Below are positions 21,750 to 35,560 of a DNA stretch of 64,000 nt, piece by piece; position 1 is the first letter of the stretch, and every line of letters starts with the position of its first letter. The notes beneath the pieces are model-generated. The model was not told the origin of the DNA, did not search any database, and worked only from the letters and a program-made list of their open reading frames with translations. Position numbers and translations under genes: made by a program. Origin of the DNA: an uncultured bacterium (GTDB lineage: Bacteria > Patescibacteriota > Gracilibacteria > Absconditabacterales > Absconditicoccaceae). The stretch is from NCBI GenBank assembly GCA_946611795.1, contig CAMOEC010000043.1, forward strand, positions 60 through 64,059. The letters are read 5' to 3'.

Positions 21750-24700
21750 TTATTCAAGAGGTTTTGCTTTGAAGGTGATACTTGCGATATCATCTCCAAA
21801 GGCTTCATATATTTTGTATGTTATGGTCTCATCAGCTTTATTAAATACGTAATCTCATTGGAGATTTTCTGTTGTATATAGAACTCATGTTGGACCAATA
21901 TACAGTATAACTTTATCATTGTTAAGAATAGCGATACCTCATTCGAATGCTCAATAATTTCATCACTCAAGCTCTATGATCTTTCATTTATAAACTTCTG
22001 TTTTTATTAATTCTTCTGGCTCTATAATGATTTCAAATAGAGGAGTATCTCAATCCATTAGTTTAACAGTAGGATATCATTGTGATAAGTCTACACGAGG
22101 TTTTATGTTTTGAGCATATTCACCTTTTATTTCAATTTCACCGTTTTCTCAATTTACGTTTGCAAATTGTTTATTATCTTTAGTATATAATCAGATATTG
22201 TCTCAGTAATCATAATATTGACCTGTTACTCTAGTTTGATTTGTTGTTACAGGATATGTTTGATTTTCTGTTCATCATTCAGTAGCAGTTATTGGAGTTG
22301 TTTGATTGTTCCTAAATCTTTCAAAACTAACATCTCATTTATCTATATCTGTTTCTAGTTCAGATATTATTGATACTGGACCTTTAATTCATTCTTTATA
22401 TCAATCATTACGAACAATATCTTCTATTGATATTCAAGGAATTTCGATATTTAAATTTATTGTTTCTTCGATGTCATTTCCTTGTGAATCTACAGCATTA
22501 ATTTTATATATTTTAGTTTCTTTTTTCTTGAAGAACAAATCTGGTATAAGTATTATTCCTGTAAATGCATCGAAATCTCTTTCATTTAATACTTTACCTG
22601 TGTTGTTTTCAGAATCTCGTTCTATCAATTTTGTTTCACGTACTTTTGTTTCATCATATCGAGTTATTCTTAGGTTATAATATGTACCAACGTATCATTC
22701 TAAGTCAAATCAATTATCTATAACTTCATTTCCTTTCTTAACTCTTTCTAGTTCAACTGTTGCTTTAGGTGGTTCACCATCACCAACAGCTTGTCTTCAT
22801 CAAACAAGTTGATTAGACCATGGTGCGTTTTGTTGATAGAATTTTCAGTTTAACTTAACGGTTGTTACTTGGATGTATTGCCATTTTCTTGGAACTTCTG
22901 GAAGACTGAATCTTAGTGTTTCATCTGAAGGATTGTAGTATCTTACTTCATAAATCTTGTCTCAGATTAGTTTCTTGATATATTGAGTTCTTCATTGTAA
23001 TTCAATTCATAGGTTTTCAACTTCTTCTTCTGATCCTCTAGGTAAGAATAATATGTATTTAGTATCTTTTTCAGAATTTTTCTCTCGGAATCAGTCAACA
23101 CGTTCTGTCATACGTAGTAAGTATCAACTTGTAGATGCATATTTATCATTATCAAATGATACACTTATTGCATCGTAGTTTTGTCAATGAAGTTCAAAAT
23201 TCTTAATTTCTGCATTTTCGTCATATACTTTTATTTGATTAGAGAATAATCATCCTGCAGCAATATATTGTTTTTGAGAACCTTCTTTTAATGTTGGTTT
23301 AATAACAATTGCGCTTCTACCTTTTGTATTTCATTTCTCAAAGTATTTAACAAATACATTGTTATTATCCCACATTATTAGTTCATTCTTTCAATCTTTA
23401 TCAAGGTCTTTCTCGTAGTATCAAATGAATTTATTGTAGTTGTATTCTGAATTAACAGCACTAATTGTCTTATCTCAATCTTTGATATATATTCATTTTA
23501 CATATTGGCTGTAGTCATTTGTTGAAGCTTCATTCAATGATGGAGTAGTGTTTGTTGCAGCTAATAATGGTTTTTCTACTATTTCTCAATTATTGTCTTG
23601 GAGTATAGTAGTTCATTCGTATTGATTTTTCTTAATACTATATCGTTGGTTAATCTTATCTTTGATTGATGCCATGTATTTCATTGAGTTTTGATATGTC
23701 TCATCACTCATATTTAGCTCACTTGCTGTGTGATTTTTTAGTGCAGAGTAGTATCAATCAACTTTTTTATTTTCTGTTTCAATTAACATTTCTGTTGCGT
23801 TGAATTTTGAAATAGCATTTTCAGCATTTTCGTTTTTATTTAGTAGATTTGTTGATAATGTTAATTGATATGGTTCATCTGATTTCCTATCTTTTATAGA
23901 GTTAAGGAATCAATCATAATCATTCATTGCTAATTCAGCTAATTGATTTACACTATCTTTTTCTTGGCTTATTAGTTTATCAAGATCATTCTTTATTTTA
24001 TTAATTCCTTTTTCATTTTTCTCTACTTTTGTATTTGTTGAAGCAAATGCTAGAACCTCATCAACTCTTTCTTTATCTTTTATATTTAGAAGAGAATCAC
24101 GTAGTTCATAAAGCTGTTCTTTCATTTTTTCAGGTGAGTTTGCTTTTGTTATTTCGGCTTTTAATATAACACTTCTATTAGTTACATTATCAAGATCTTG
24201 GCTGAATTGTGATGTTTCACTATTAAGATAGTCAACTCAATTTTCAGCTTGTTTTAGAAGACTATAAGTTTTTTGATTGATTGGATCAACAATACTCTTT
24301 AATAGACTGTAGAAAGCATCAAAATTATATTGTAAGTTGACATAGCTGTCTACTTCTATGTCTATTCCTTGTAGAGGAGCTTGTTTGAAAAAGAAGGTTA
24401 GGTCTAGGTTATCTACCCGTGGTACTTCATATGATCTTTGAGTCATTTGTTCGATTCTTGCTTTTACAGCACTTTCTCAAACTAATCAAATTCATGATTT
24501 GATAATACAGAATATTTTTGATAGTGTTTTTGCTACACTAAGTAGTCAAGTAATTTGATTTGGTATTTCTGGAATTGTTGGAGCTGGTGGTAAAATAGGA
24601 AGTTCCATTTTTACTTGTGGTATGAATGATGGAAGTTCTGGAAGCTCAGGAGGTTGTGGTAGTTGTGGAATATCTGGAATATCAAAGTCTATATTAAAAT

Positions 24701-27700
24701 CTATACCTAAATCAGGAGGTTGAGGTAGATTAGGTAATCTAGGAAGTTCTATTCATTCTGGTTTGAATGTAAAACGAGGTAATAGAATATCCATTTGTAA
24801 ATTAAAGTTTGATAGGTCAATGTATAGACTCGGTATCTTTACACTTGGTATTGCAATTGTTGGTATTTCAAAAGCACTACAAAGGAAACTTAATTTACAT
24901 GAGTATTGGTCATAAGTATCTTGTGTACATTTTCAGCATTTTGCTCACCAGTCAGCGAACAAATCAATCATTATTTGATATGTTTTTACAATGGTTACAA
25001 TTGTTATAATTGCATCACAATATTGTGAAAATCTATTTGCATTAACTTCCATCCAGTAGTTTATATATCAGAAGAAGTTTCAAATTAATGCTGATATATC
25101 TCACAAATATTTATCTGTTACATGCAGCCATTCATATATTTGTAGTGGGAATCTTTTATATGCTTCAAGTGTTTGTACATTTTGGAATATTTGTGGTCAT
25201 ATCTTTTCAAATTTATTTGAAAGCCTTAGAAGTTTTGATTGAGCTGATTCAACTAGTTGACAATGCTTTGCTTTTTCTGGATTTGTTTTATCTGCTTTTT
25301 TACAGTTTGCTACTGCTGATTCAGCTGTTGCAATCCATCAATTTAGTGTTGTAGAGTTATCTTCATACCATGTTAATAGGTAATTTTTATATGCTTCAAT
25401 ATCTTCGCTATATATCCATGGAACTTTTATTTGAATCCTTTGTGTCCTAATATTTACAAGTTCTGTATTATTGAATAATTCTTGTAAATCTTTGAAAGGG
25501 TTTGCTCCTTCTGCAAGATTTAGTTGTTTTATTTGTTCTTTTGAAATGGTTAAGTCTTTTACAGTTTTCATTGTTTTTTCAATAATTTCTTGTGCCTGTT
25601 TATTTCATTTTGCTGCATTTTTTGCTTGTTCTATTTCTTCTTCGTTGTTTTTCTTACTTTCATTTGTTTGATTCTCTATATTTCTTCATCCTATTTTATT
25701 TATTTCTGTTGATATATATGAAAGATCAGGGAATGTAAACTCGATTTCAAATCTTAGTAAATTGTTTATTCGGTATTGTACTTGTCTATCTATCCAATCA
25801 ACTAGCATTTTTTGAATTCACTGTTGGAGACCTCATAATAGTTTGTTTTTTATATCTTTTGCTCATTGTATTTTTACTCAATTGATTTCAATACCAGTAT
25901 CACCATCACCAAAATTATCAGCATATGATGTTATAGGATCGTAGTTGATGTTAACTAGTCCTCATAAATATGGTCATTCTGCTGGGCTTGTAGGATAGCT
26001 ATTTGAATTTAAGGTATTTGTTGCTACCATTTTAAATGGAGATTCTTTTTCTTGTGGAGTACAGAGATTTGTATCTCAATATTCTCATACCCAATCTTCA
26101 TATGTTTCTCCGTTATCTCAATTTCAATCGTCATCATCTGATAATCCTCATCCTCAAGATGGACAAGGTAATCCAACAGCTGTAACTATACAGTTACCTC
26201 ATATATCAGCTATTGGTGATGGTAGATTTAATCATGCTTGTTGTGGTCATACACATATTGCTATTCAAAGTTGTGCTGTAAGTGTTGGAGCTGCATATAT
26301 TCTAATCATTGAAGGATATGTTCCTCATGGAGCCCGTAAAAAGTCGTCGGCTCCTGATTTCAATCACCATGGAATTGGTATTGGTCAGAATGGTGTTATC
26401 AATGTTCAAGGGAAATGGAACATTGGAAGTCATCTTCATATTGTACGAGTTAATGGTGGTAGAGGAATACATCACATTATGTGATAGTCTCATGGTGCTA
26501 GGAATGCTTGGTTAAATGGTACAGGTAATCATTCACAAGTTTGACTTCATCATTCTGTTCAGAATGTGAATCCATGACATAGACTATTTGCAAATTTTTG
26601 TAGATTTGTTTCAATTTTTTTTAAGTCTACTCACATGATATTTGTTATATCAACATCAATTGTTCATAGATTTATTCAGTTGTTGCTTAGTATTTTTCAC
26701 CGAGCATCTTTTAATATGTCGTTTACAGTAAATTTTTCGTTTACGGATTTAAGGATAGTTGATCATTCAGTTCAATTTTTTTCAGCATTTGCTATATCAT
26801 TATTTATATTATTATTTGCTTCATCATTTTTTGCTTGTGCTCATTGTGCGTATTTGTTTGCTAATTCTTGAAGATCTACTATTTTTGAATTATAAGCTCT
26901 GTTTTTATTAATCTTTGCATTTTCTAAGACTTCTTCTTTTTTAATACATCAATCAACTGGTTGTACAATAATACTTGGAAGATTATCTGTTGTTGGATTT
27001 CAGTTTAAGTCTTTGTATGTTAGATTGTATTTATATTCAAAAACATATTCATCACCTTCTTTTTTTGGTTCAATTTCTGTGATGTTAAAGTCATATCATT
27101 TAATTCAGCTTTTTAATTTTCAGCTTCATTTTGTAATACTAAAATTACTTGGAGTTCATGATTCACGCCATGGTCATTTAATATCTTCTAGAATAGCATT
27201 AAGATGTACATGACTTTTTGGTAGAGGAATTCTTACAGTAACTTCAACTGTATCTCAGTTATCAAGGCTTCATCAATTCAAATCTTTATAATTTTTCTCC
27301 ATAGCGTATACTTCTTTTGAGCTTGTACGGTCTATATATTCTCAAATGTCATTTAAATTGATATATGCTTGTTCTGCATTATTTAATCAGTCATTTATTT
27401 TGAATCGTGTTCCGAATGGATTCTTAATTAAAATGTCTTTATTTTTTTCTTCGTATTTTAATCCATTCCAATTTATTATTGTTATATCTTCTTCTTCCGC
27501 ATTTTTCACTGTTATAGCTGTTTGTGGTTTTTCTCTAACAATTTTTACTCTATAAACAGGATCTTCTAAACGGTATTTCAATGTGTATTTGAATTGTAAT
27601 GCACCTCATCCTACTATTCAAGAACTTCATTTTCAATTAATAATTCCAAAATCATATCATGCTGTTCATTGTATGATTTCTCAAGTTCAAATTGTGAATT

Positions 27701-30700
27701 TTAAGTCTTTTGGTGCTCATGTTGCTGGATTACGATCTATTATCCATGGTCATGAGATTTTATCAAAATATTCTGATAGGTGTACTCAGTTCGTTGTTAT
27801 TGTAACTGTTACTTCTACTTCATCTCAATCTTCAAGGTCTCATCAATTCTTGTCTCTGAATGTTTTTGATGGTTTATTGATCTTTTTTGTATTAGTTAAT
27901 CCATTATATTTTTCAACATTGTAAGCACTTATAAATGCTATATTTTCATCATTAAGTTTATCAAGGTATTTTCATACAAAAGGATTTTTAACGTATACGC
28001 TTGCAGCTTCAGATGCTTTTTGTGCTTGTTCTGTTGTGTTGATCTCGCTTGAAAGTGCTATAATTTTTTCTATTTCACTTTTATCTATATTTCAACTTTT
28101 TAATTTTTCTAGGTATGCAGGATCAATATATATTCATTGTTTTTCAAGATCAGTTTGTTGTTTATTAGGGTCTAGTTTTCAATTAATTACTTCATTATTT
28201 AATTCATTGTTTCAAGGATAATTTAGTCAATCCCATCTTAGAATACTGTCGTCTGCTATTCATGCTGTATCAAGCTTTATTCAGAATTTTTTTACAATTT
28301 TAGTAGATCATTCTTGTCTTTGGTATCGATTTTTATCACAGTCGTAAACATCTTTACTTAGGTAGCTATGTGTTGACTTTGTTCCGTTTCAGTAAACTAT
28401 TTTAAGATATCATTGTTTATCAAGAGTTATTAAGTCAGATCTTCAGTCATTATCCATGTCTTCAACAAAGAGTTGTATTACTCATGATAAGTCTTCTGGA
28501 TTAGAACTAGTTTCTCATGATTTTGAATTTGTATTCAAACATACAATATTTCAGTCAACATCGAATACTCAATCTGAATTAGTATATGCTCTTATCTGAT
28601 TCTTTCAGTTTTTTATAATTATGTCTTCAAAAGTATTTCAGTCTACATCTCAAACAAATATTTCATTGATTTGTTCTGCTGTTAGCATAAGTGTTCATAA
28701 GTCTTCGTATTTGCTGTTGTTGTATTGTTTTAGTAAATTTATACTTCAGTCTCTGTATACTACTAATAAGTCTCTTAGTCCGTCTCAATTGTAGTCAATA
28801 TCAGTTACTTTAAATATTGATTTTGATGGTTCTGAGTATTTAACTTGTCATAATCATCTTTTTGATGCAACTTCATCTCTATTCTTTAATAATGGATCTC
28901 ATATATTAATTAAGAATTCTGAACCAAATGGAATAGTTGATTCTCATACGCTTTCTCATTCAGCGAATAATGTGATATTTTTGAAGTCAGCTCTAAATCA
29001 TATGTATTTGTTTAATTCATCACTGTTTTGAATTGAGTCATATCATTGATAACTGTTTTCTAGAGTGTTAATTGTTGATTGAAGAGCCTTAACTTTTGAT
29101 GATGTTGTTCATCTATCAAAAATTTCTCATAGTTCATATCATATTCCTTCTATTTTTCAATTAATTTTAGAATAATCAATGTTAGCTATTATTGCGCTTG
29201 CTAGTATTTGTCATTTATAAGTTACATCCCAAATAGGATTTAATCATAATTTATATTTTGATAGTTCAAATGTTACTCAATTTCTTACATCAGCATATTT
29301 TTCTCATCATTCTGTTTTGAATATTCATCATTCGTATGTGTAAGAATCGTTTATATCAAAAAGATATATAACATTTGAAGTATCATTTTTAATTGAGTTT
29401 TCTAATCGCTCATTAGATACATCACTTTTTATAGCTGTAATTTTATTTATATTATCGGTTACTGTAAAATCTCAAACATCACCAACATTAATTTTTAGTT
29501 GACTATTTCATAGAGTTGCTGTTATGTTTAATCCTCATAAATTTTGTATATTTCATTTTTTTCCAAATATTATTGCTGATTCTCTTATTTTAGAAGGGGA
29601 GATTAATTGTGTTGTAACAGCAAGTGTTTTAGATGATTTTTGAATAATATTTTCTGCAAACTTTTTGTTATCGGAATAGTATCACCATTGATTTCATCGG
29701 TCATTTCAGAAAATGTTAAGATACATTATATTTAGTCATGATTCAATGGCTCAATTTAAGAAGAAGTTCTTTACTGTAAATCTTTTTGATCCAATGATTT
29801 TTCAATCACTTGAGCTGACTGTTATTTTATGAAGTCATGCATCTTCTTCTGTTGTTGGTATTGTGAATTTTCGACTTCCTTTACTTATTGTTGGGTTTTC
29901 TGATGGTTGAACTTTATTTTTTGTAGTGGTTTTAGCTATTACTGTTGCTGATTTTTCTACTTTATTTCACCATTCATCAGTTAATTCAACTTCTCATTTA
30001 ATTGTGTCTTTAGGATATATTGTATCATTTTCAAGGTTGATACCAATCTTTTTCATTTCTCCTGGTTCTATTTTTAGTTTTACTTTTTTATCATCTAATC
30101 ATGGTACTGTTACTGTAATCTCATCTTCTCAAGCTTTGTATCATGGAACAACATAAACTGTTTTTTCTCAGTTTTCAATCATTAGAGAATTGGTCTCTCT
30201 TAATTTTATCTTTTTATTGTTTTGTGCGTCTCTTGTTTCTTCGGCAACCATTATTTTTGCTAGTTTATTTTTTGATCCGAAAGAAGCGTTTGATGTGATT
30301 CTTACTATTTGTCATCAATATTTAAGAGATATCTTTAATGGAATAGCTTTTTTTGTGTTTATGCTTCAATCAGCATTGTAATATTTTTCGTTTGATATTT
30401 GGTATTTTATGTCTTCTTGATCTTTGTCGTTTAGTTTTATTTCTCAAGGGAAGATGTTAATAGTGTTTTTTCACATAACATTTCATTTTGAATCTTCAAC
30501 AGTTATAGTTACGGTTCCTTTAGATCATTTTTCTGCTCTATATAACATTGTTAAATTTTGGAAATCATTTACTTCTTGTGTTGTATTTGATGTTCCATTT
30601 ATATAGAGTGTTCATTTGTTAACTTTTACATAGTATTTTTCTAGAGTCCTTAATATTTCATTTTGTTTACTATCAAGTGCTTTTATTTTTAGTAGAGTAT

Positions 30701-33700
30701 ACGCTCAAGCGAGAACTTTATTTTCTGTAGCAGTTTCTATGTTAAATGATTTAACAGGTCAAGGCACTACTGATAAAGCCATATTCCTTACTCAACAGTT
30801 ATCTGCTGTAGAACATAATGATATATTTGCCATTACATTTCATATTGTTGTTTTTCCAAGAGTATAGTTAACAGAGAATCATTTCTTGTAAGGATTATTG
30901 TTTATCACTGCTGGTCAAGAACATGTATTTGTTCAATTAATTATAAGACAGTTATCTCATGTTGATTGAATCTTTACGATAATGTTTCATAAATCTTCAA
31001 ATGATAGAAAATTAAGACTTCAAGTCCTTCATGATACATTTACTTTTATATCATTCCAAGTAATTTGAGTGTTTGTTAAAATTGCTTGAGTTCTTTGGCT
31101 TAAGTTTTCACTGCTTTGTGGTGTGTCTTCAAATCATTCAATCGTTGTTGAAAAACTCTTTTTATAATCATCCCAACTTTGTTCAAGAGGTTCTGTTATA
31201 CTTGAAATTGTTGGACTTGTTTGGAAATATACTTTTACAGTTACTGGTTTTTTTGCGACAGCTTTAAGCCAGCAGGCGAGTCATTGAAACCATGATCCAT
31301 CGAATAGTGATAGTGATTCATTTGGGTCATATCAACAATCTTTTTTAATATCTTGAGATGCCTCATCGTCTGATGGGCTATCTTCATATCATATTTCTGA
31401 TATATCTTCTGTTGCTGTGGCACTTCTTGTTGCAGCTATTCATCCTTTTAATACGGTGTCTATATCATCGTTTTCTGCTGATATATTATCTGCTCAATTT
31501 GAATTGATGTATCATACTTCATATCATCAAGTATTATATGAAGGAATAACTAATCAGGCAAAACTCTTTCTTTCTCATTTTATGTTCTTTCATTCTATCT
31601 TTTCTCATCTAAGTATTTTATCATTATCTTCTTTTAGATATTCGGTCATGATATATCCAATCTTTTTGTTGATGTCGAATGATTGTCTAGTTTCGTCTAT
31701 ATCTTTTCATATGTTATCGTGGTATTCTCTTGAGTTAATAGCAACACTTTGATAGTAGAGTATTTCTGCTATTGTATATAGCATTTCTTCTCATCATATT
31801 GCTTTAATAATTTCATCGTAAGTAAAGTATTTGTATGGACGAATATTTTTATCTGGTGTTGCTAATTTATCTACTCTTCGAATGTATTTGTAGTATTGGT
31901 TGTCCATTGATTTAGCACTATTGTATTCATTTCTTAATATCGTGTTGTATTCGTCAACTTTGCTCTCGAAATATTTTTGTAGGGCTTTGTAAATTTCATT
32001 TTTACTGTTTTCAGGATCTGTCTTTTTAAGTTTAATATTATTTCATTCTGATTTATAAACTTCTACTTTAAATATATCTGGGTAGATAAGTTTTATAGTA
32101 TGTTCTCATATTCATTGGAAACTTATGTATCTTGGTGAGTCTATTGGTCTATCTTGTGTTAATAGATTCATTCATGGTTTCTTTTCTTTAGGATTGTTTG
32201 GATCTGCATTGAAATATTTTTGGAATACTGTTTTTGATGTTTGTAGTTCTTTAACTAAGTTAGTGATTACATCATCAGCAGATCATTCTCATCAGTTATT
32301 TCATTCATTTTCTTCGCAAGAATCTGTTTCTTCTCAGTAATGTATAGTATCATGATCTGCTTCTATGATGTTTCCAAGTACACTGTGATTTGCTGTACAT
32401 TTTTCAATAATGTTTAATCAGTTTTCTACTCTTGATTCTATTTGTGGCAGTTGTGTTTTTAGTGATTCCCATGCTGATTTTGTAGCTTTTGCTTCTTGTA
32501 TTATTTTCTTATTTTCATCAATTTTTTCATTGTTTTCTTTGATTTTTTCATCGTTTTCTTTGATTGTATCGTTATTTGCTCTGATTTGATCACTATCTTC
32601 TACAGGATCTAAACCTGCATTTTCTATTCTTAATGACATGTTCTCTGATCATAAGTTGCTATTTTCTGTTTCTAAATTTGTATTTTCATTGGTTTTGTCA
32701 TCTATTATTTTTTGTACTTCATTAATTTTTTCTTCAATTTTATTTTTTACTCTTTCTATGGCACTGAAGATATTGTTATAGCTTTGGAATATCCCTTTTG
32801 CGACTGGTCTTTTATTTTCAAGGTCTCTAGCGACTGAATCTATTTTTGAAATTATTTCTATGTACCATTTGCTTCGTATATCTATTGGTTCATCAAGGTT
32901 AATTTGATGTTGATGGAATCCTTCAGCATAGTTTTCAACCATTGCTCCGTAATTATTTCAGAAAATTGCATTGAATTTGTTCCAATTATCTTTTTGTCAG
33001 TTGGTTTTTTCTGTTATTGTGTTTAATGCAGTTGATAATATTGTATCTAATCATTTTATTCAACTTAAAATTGTTCATATATTCGCTCATATTGAATAAT
33101 TCGTCGTATTATTAACTTGTTGTCAGAAATTGTAAATTGTATTTTGAACTTCTATCATACTTGAATTTACTTTTTCTGAATATGAATCGTCTGTTGATGC
33201 ATCAAGTGCTTTCATAATACTTTTATAGTAGCTGTATGTCTCTGATGTCTCGTCATATCTATATCAAGAATGCCCATTTATTTGAAGCTCTGTTGTTGCA
33301 TCATGTTTTATGATAGATGGTATTATTCTATAGATGTATGTTAATTCTTCATCTGTACTACTTCTTTTTTCTTTTTTAATTGTGAATTGTGAATCACTAT
33401 TTTTTTTGAAATTTTGATCGTTTATTAATGATGTTGGAAGTCTAAAATATCGGGCGTTAGTATATGCTGTATGATAATCAGTTCTTATTAAATTACCTCA
33501 TTTATCTGCCATGAGAATTGGTGATATGTATTCTGTTTGTGCTTCGTAACTTGTTGCTTTTGGCTGTGCACTTTTTAGCTTTACAGATCATGCTATATCG
33601 AAAATTGGTTTTATTGCATTTTTGTAATTGTATTCTCATGCAAATTGATAAATTTGGTCTTGGTATTTTTTCATGTCTAAGTTTAGAGGAGTACCTCCTC

Positions 33701-35375
33701 CCCAAACTCTGTTTCCAAAGTCTATAAATGTTTCACAATCTGCTATTTGGCTTGGTTCTTCTGATCATGTTATACATGTTCAGTCTGGTTCCCATACTCT
33801 TTCCCTACATCAAAATATTGATATTCAGAACCAATATCTTCAACATTCTTCATTAAGTCTTGCATGTCTTTTTTCATTATTATATGTTTGATATTCAGTT
33901 TCCATGTTAAGAATATTGAATCATCTGTTTGCTTCTACTTGTGTTGAAAATAAATCATATGATGATCATATTCATTTTTTAGTAAGGTCAGTACTTTCAT
34001 ATTTTGTTTTTGCTGGGTTTATACTATCATTTATAATTGTTGAATAATTTACAAAATTATTAAGGTTTCTGTATGTTCCTCTATAAATACTGAAATCTTG
34101 AGGATCTGATATCGTGCTCGCATTTTTTCAGAAATAATAGAATTCATATGTGTCTTTGTATTCTGGAACATAACGTTTTATAAAAAAGAACCTTTTTCTT
34201 TTATCTCTCCATCTTTGATAGTAGATAGGGATAGTTAGCTTCATATCATATTTTTCAGTATATACTTTATTGTCGACATATTGTTCTAATTTATCATTTA
34301 TACTTTTGAAAATTCAGTTTGCATCTTCATTTCATAGCAATAATTGATCTTTTAGTTGTATTTTTTGATAATGACTGTCGTTTACTGTCCACCTGTCTGA
34401 AGCTTTTATGTTATCATCAACTGTTTTGAGAAGCGTTGTACTTATTGCTTCATGATAGTCTTTTAGGAATGATGATAATTTATTCTCAAGTAAAAGGGTA
34501 GGAGTAAATTCTGTTTTATTTTTTAATAGATTTTCTTTTGCCGTTTCAACAACGGGAATATGAACATTAACTGCTGCTAGTGTATCTTGTAATTCTCATA
34601 GTAAGTCAGCGTTTTCATCTTGTTGATTTAATTGAAGCATGTCGACAAGAAAATTTGTGTAGCGATGATATATTAGGTCTTCTGCAAATATCATCTTGTT
34701 CTTGTATAGTTGGTATGTCTCTCATAGAAAATTCTTTCCTAGTGCAATAAAGTCATCATACCATATTTTTTTCTCAACAAATTTTTTAGGATTATTATTG
34801 TATTTTTTTAATTTTTCGAAAAAATCATTATATTTTCCTGCATCATCAAGACTTATTATTCAGTGCCAAATTTCTGATTCTCCATTTGATTTGTTTTGAA
34901 TGAAATATCATTCTGATTCATTCCATATATATTTTTGATCAATGAAGTCTGTATAAGGATAAATTGATGGAAAAATATAGTTTTTGTATTTTACTACTGG
35001 AAGTGGTATATCTCACATTACTATTGTTCATATTAGGCGAGATGCACTTCATTTAAGTCAATCAAAGTATACGTTTTCAAGTAATTTTACTATTTCTGGT
35101 GCGTTGTATTCATTTGTGTTTAATGAAAATATAACTGCATTACTTCCTGGATATTTTTCTGGAATGTATTCGTCTGTGTATCGTTTGAAATTAGAATTTC
35201 AGCTTATTGAGTTATAGGTATTATTATCTATTAGTATTGCTACTAATGGATTTGTTGAATTTCATGATGTGGCTGCTTCAGCAACATTCCGGTTAACATA
35301 TCCTAGGTGTGATAATATATCCGCTCCAAGATACACTCCGAGAATTATCGATCATAAAATTTTTTTTATTTTCAT
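21750..35375 (-). CDS. giant secreted/surface protein, 4541 aa, single ORF under code 25
   Basis: ATG at 35373-35375, preceded by in-frame TAA at 35376-35378. My triplet-by-triplet scan of this minus-strand frame down to TAA at 21750-21752 found only TGA, with no TAA/TAG. Seven track fragments share this frame and each ends at TGA: 22434-22628, 23910-24125, 24237-24446, 25338-25571, 27387-27581, 32418-32639, 32649-32942. The N-terminus MKIKKILGSIILGVYLGADILSHLGYV resembles a signal anchor. Internal features are coiled-coil stretches, a Pro-rich (L/I)P segment and hydrophobic/Cys-containing segments. No family recognised. Confidence 0.75.
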
Positions 35376-35560
35376 TTATTTTAGAAATAGTAAAAAATTA
35401 TGCCTTTGCAATTTCTTGGGTTTATGTTATGTTATTTGTTCTAAAAATAAAGAAAAACTTTGCATATTTATGCTGTTTAATCTGTATTTTTATTAATATT
35501 TTATAATGTTGTTGACATTGTTTTATTAACTTATATTTTTTCGCTTTTATAGTACTTTTT

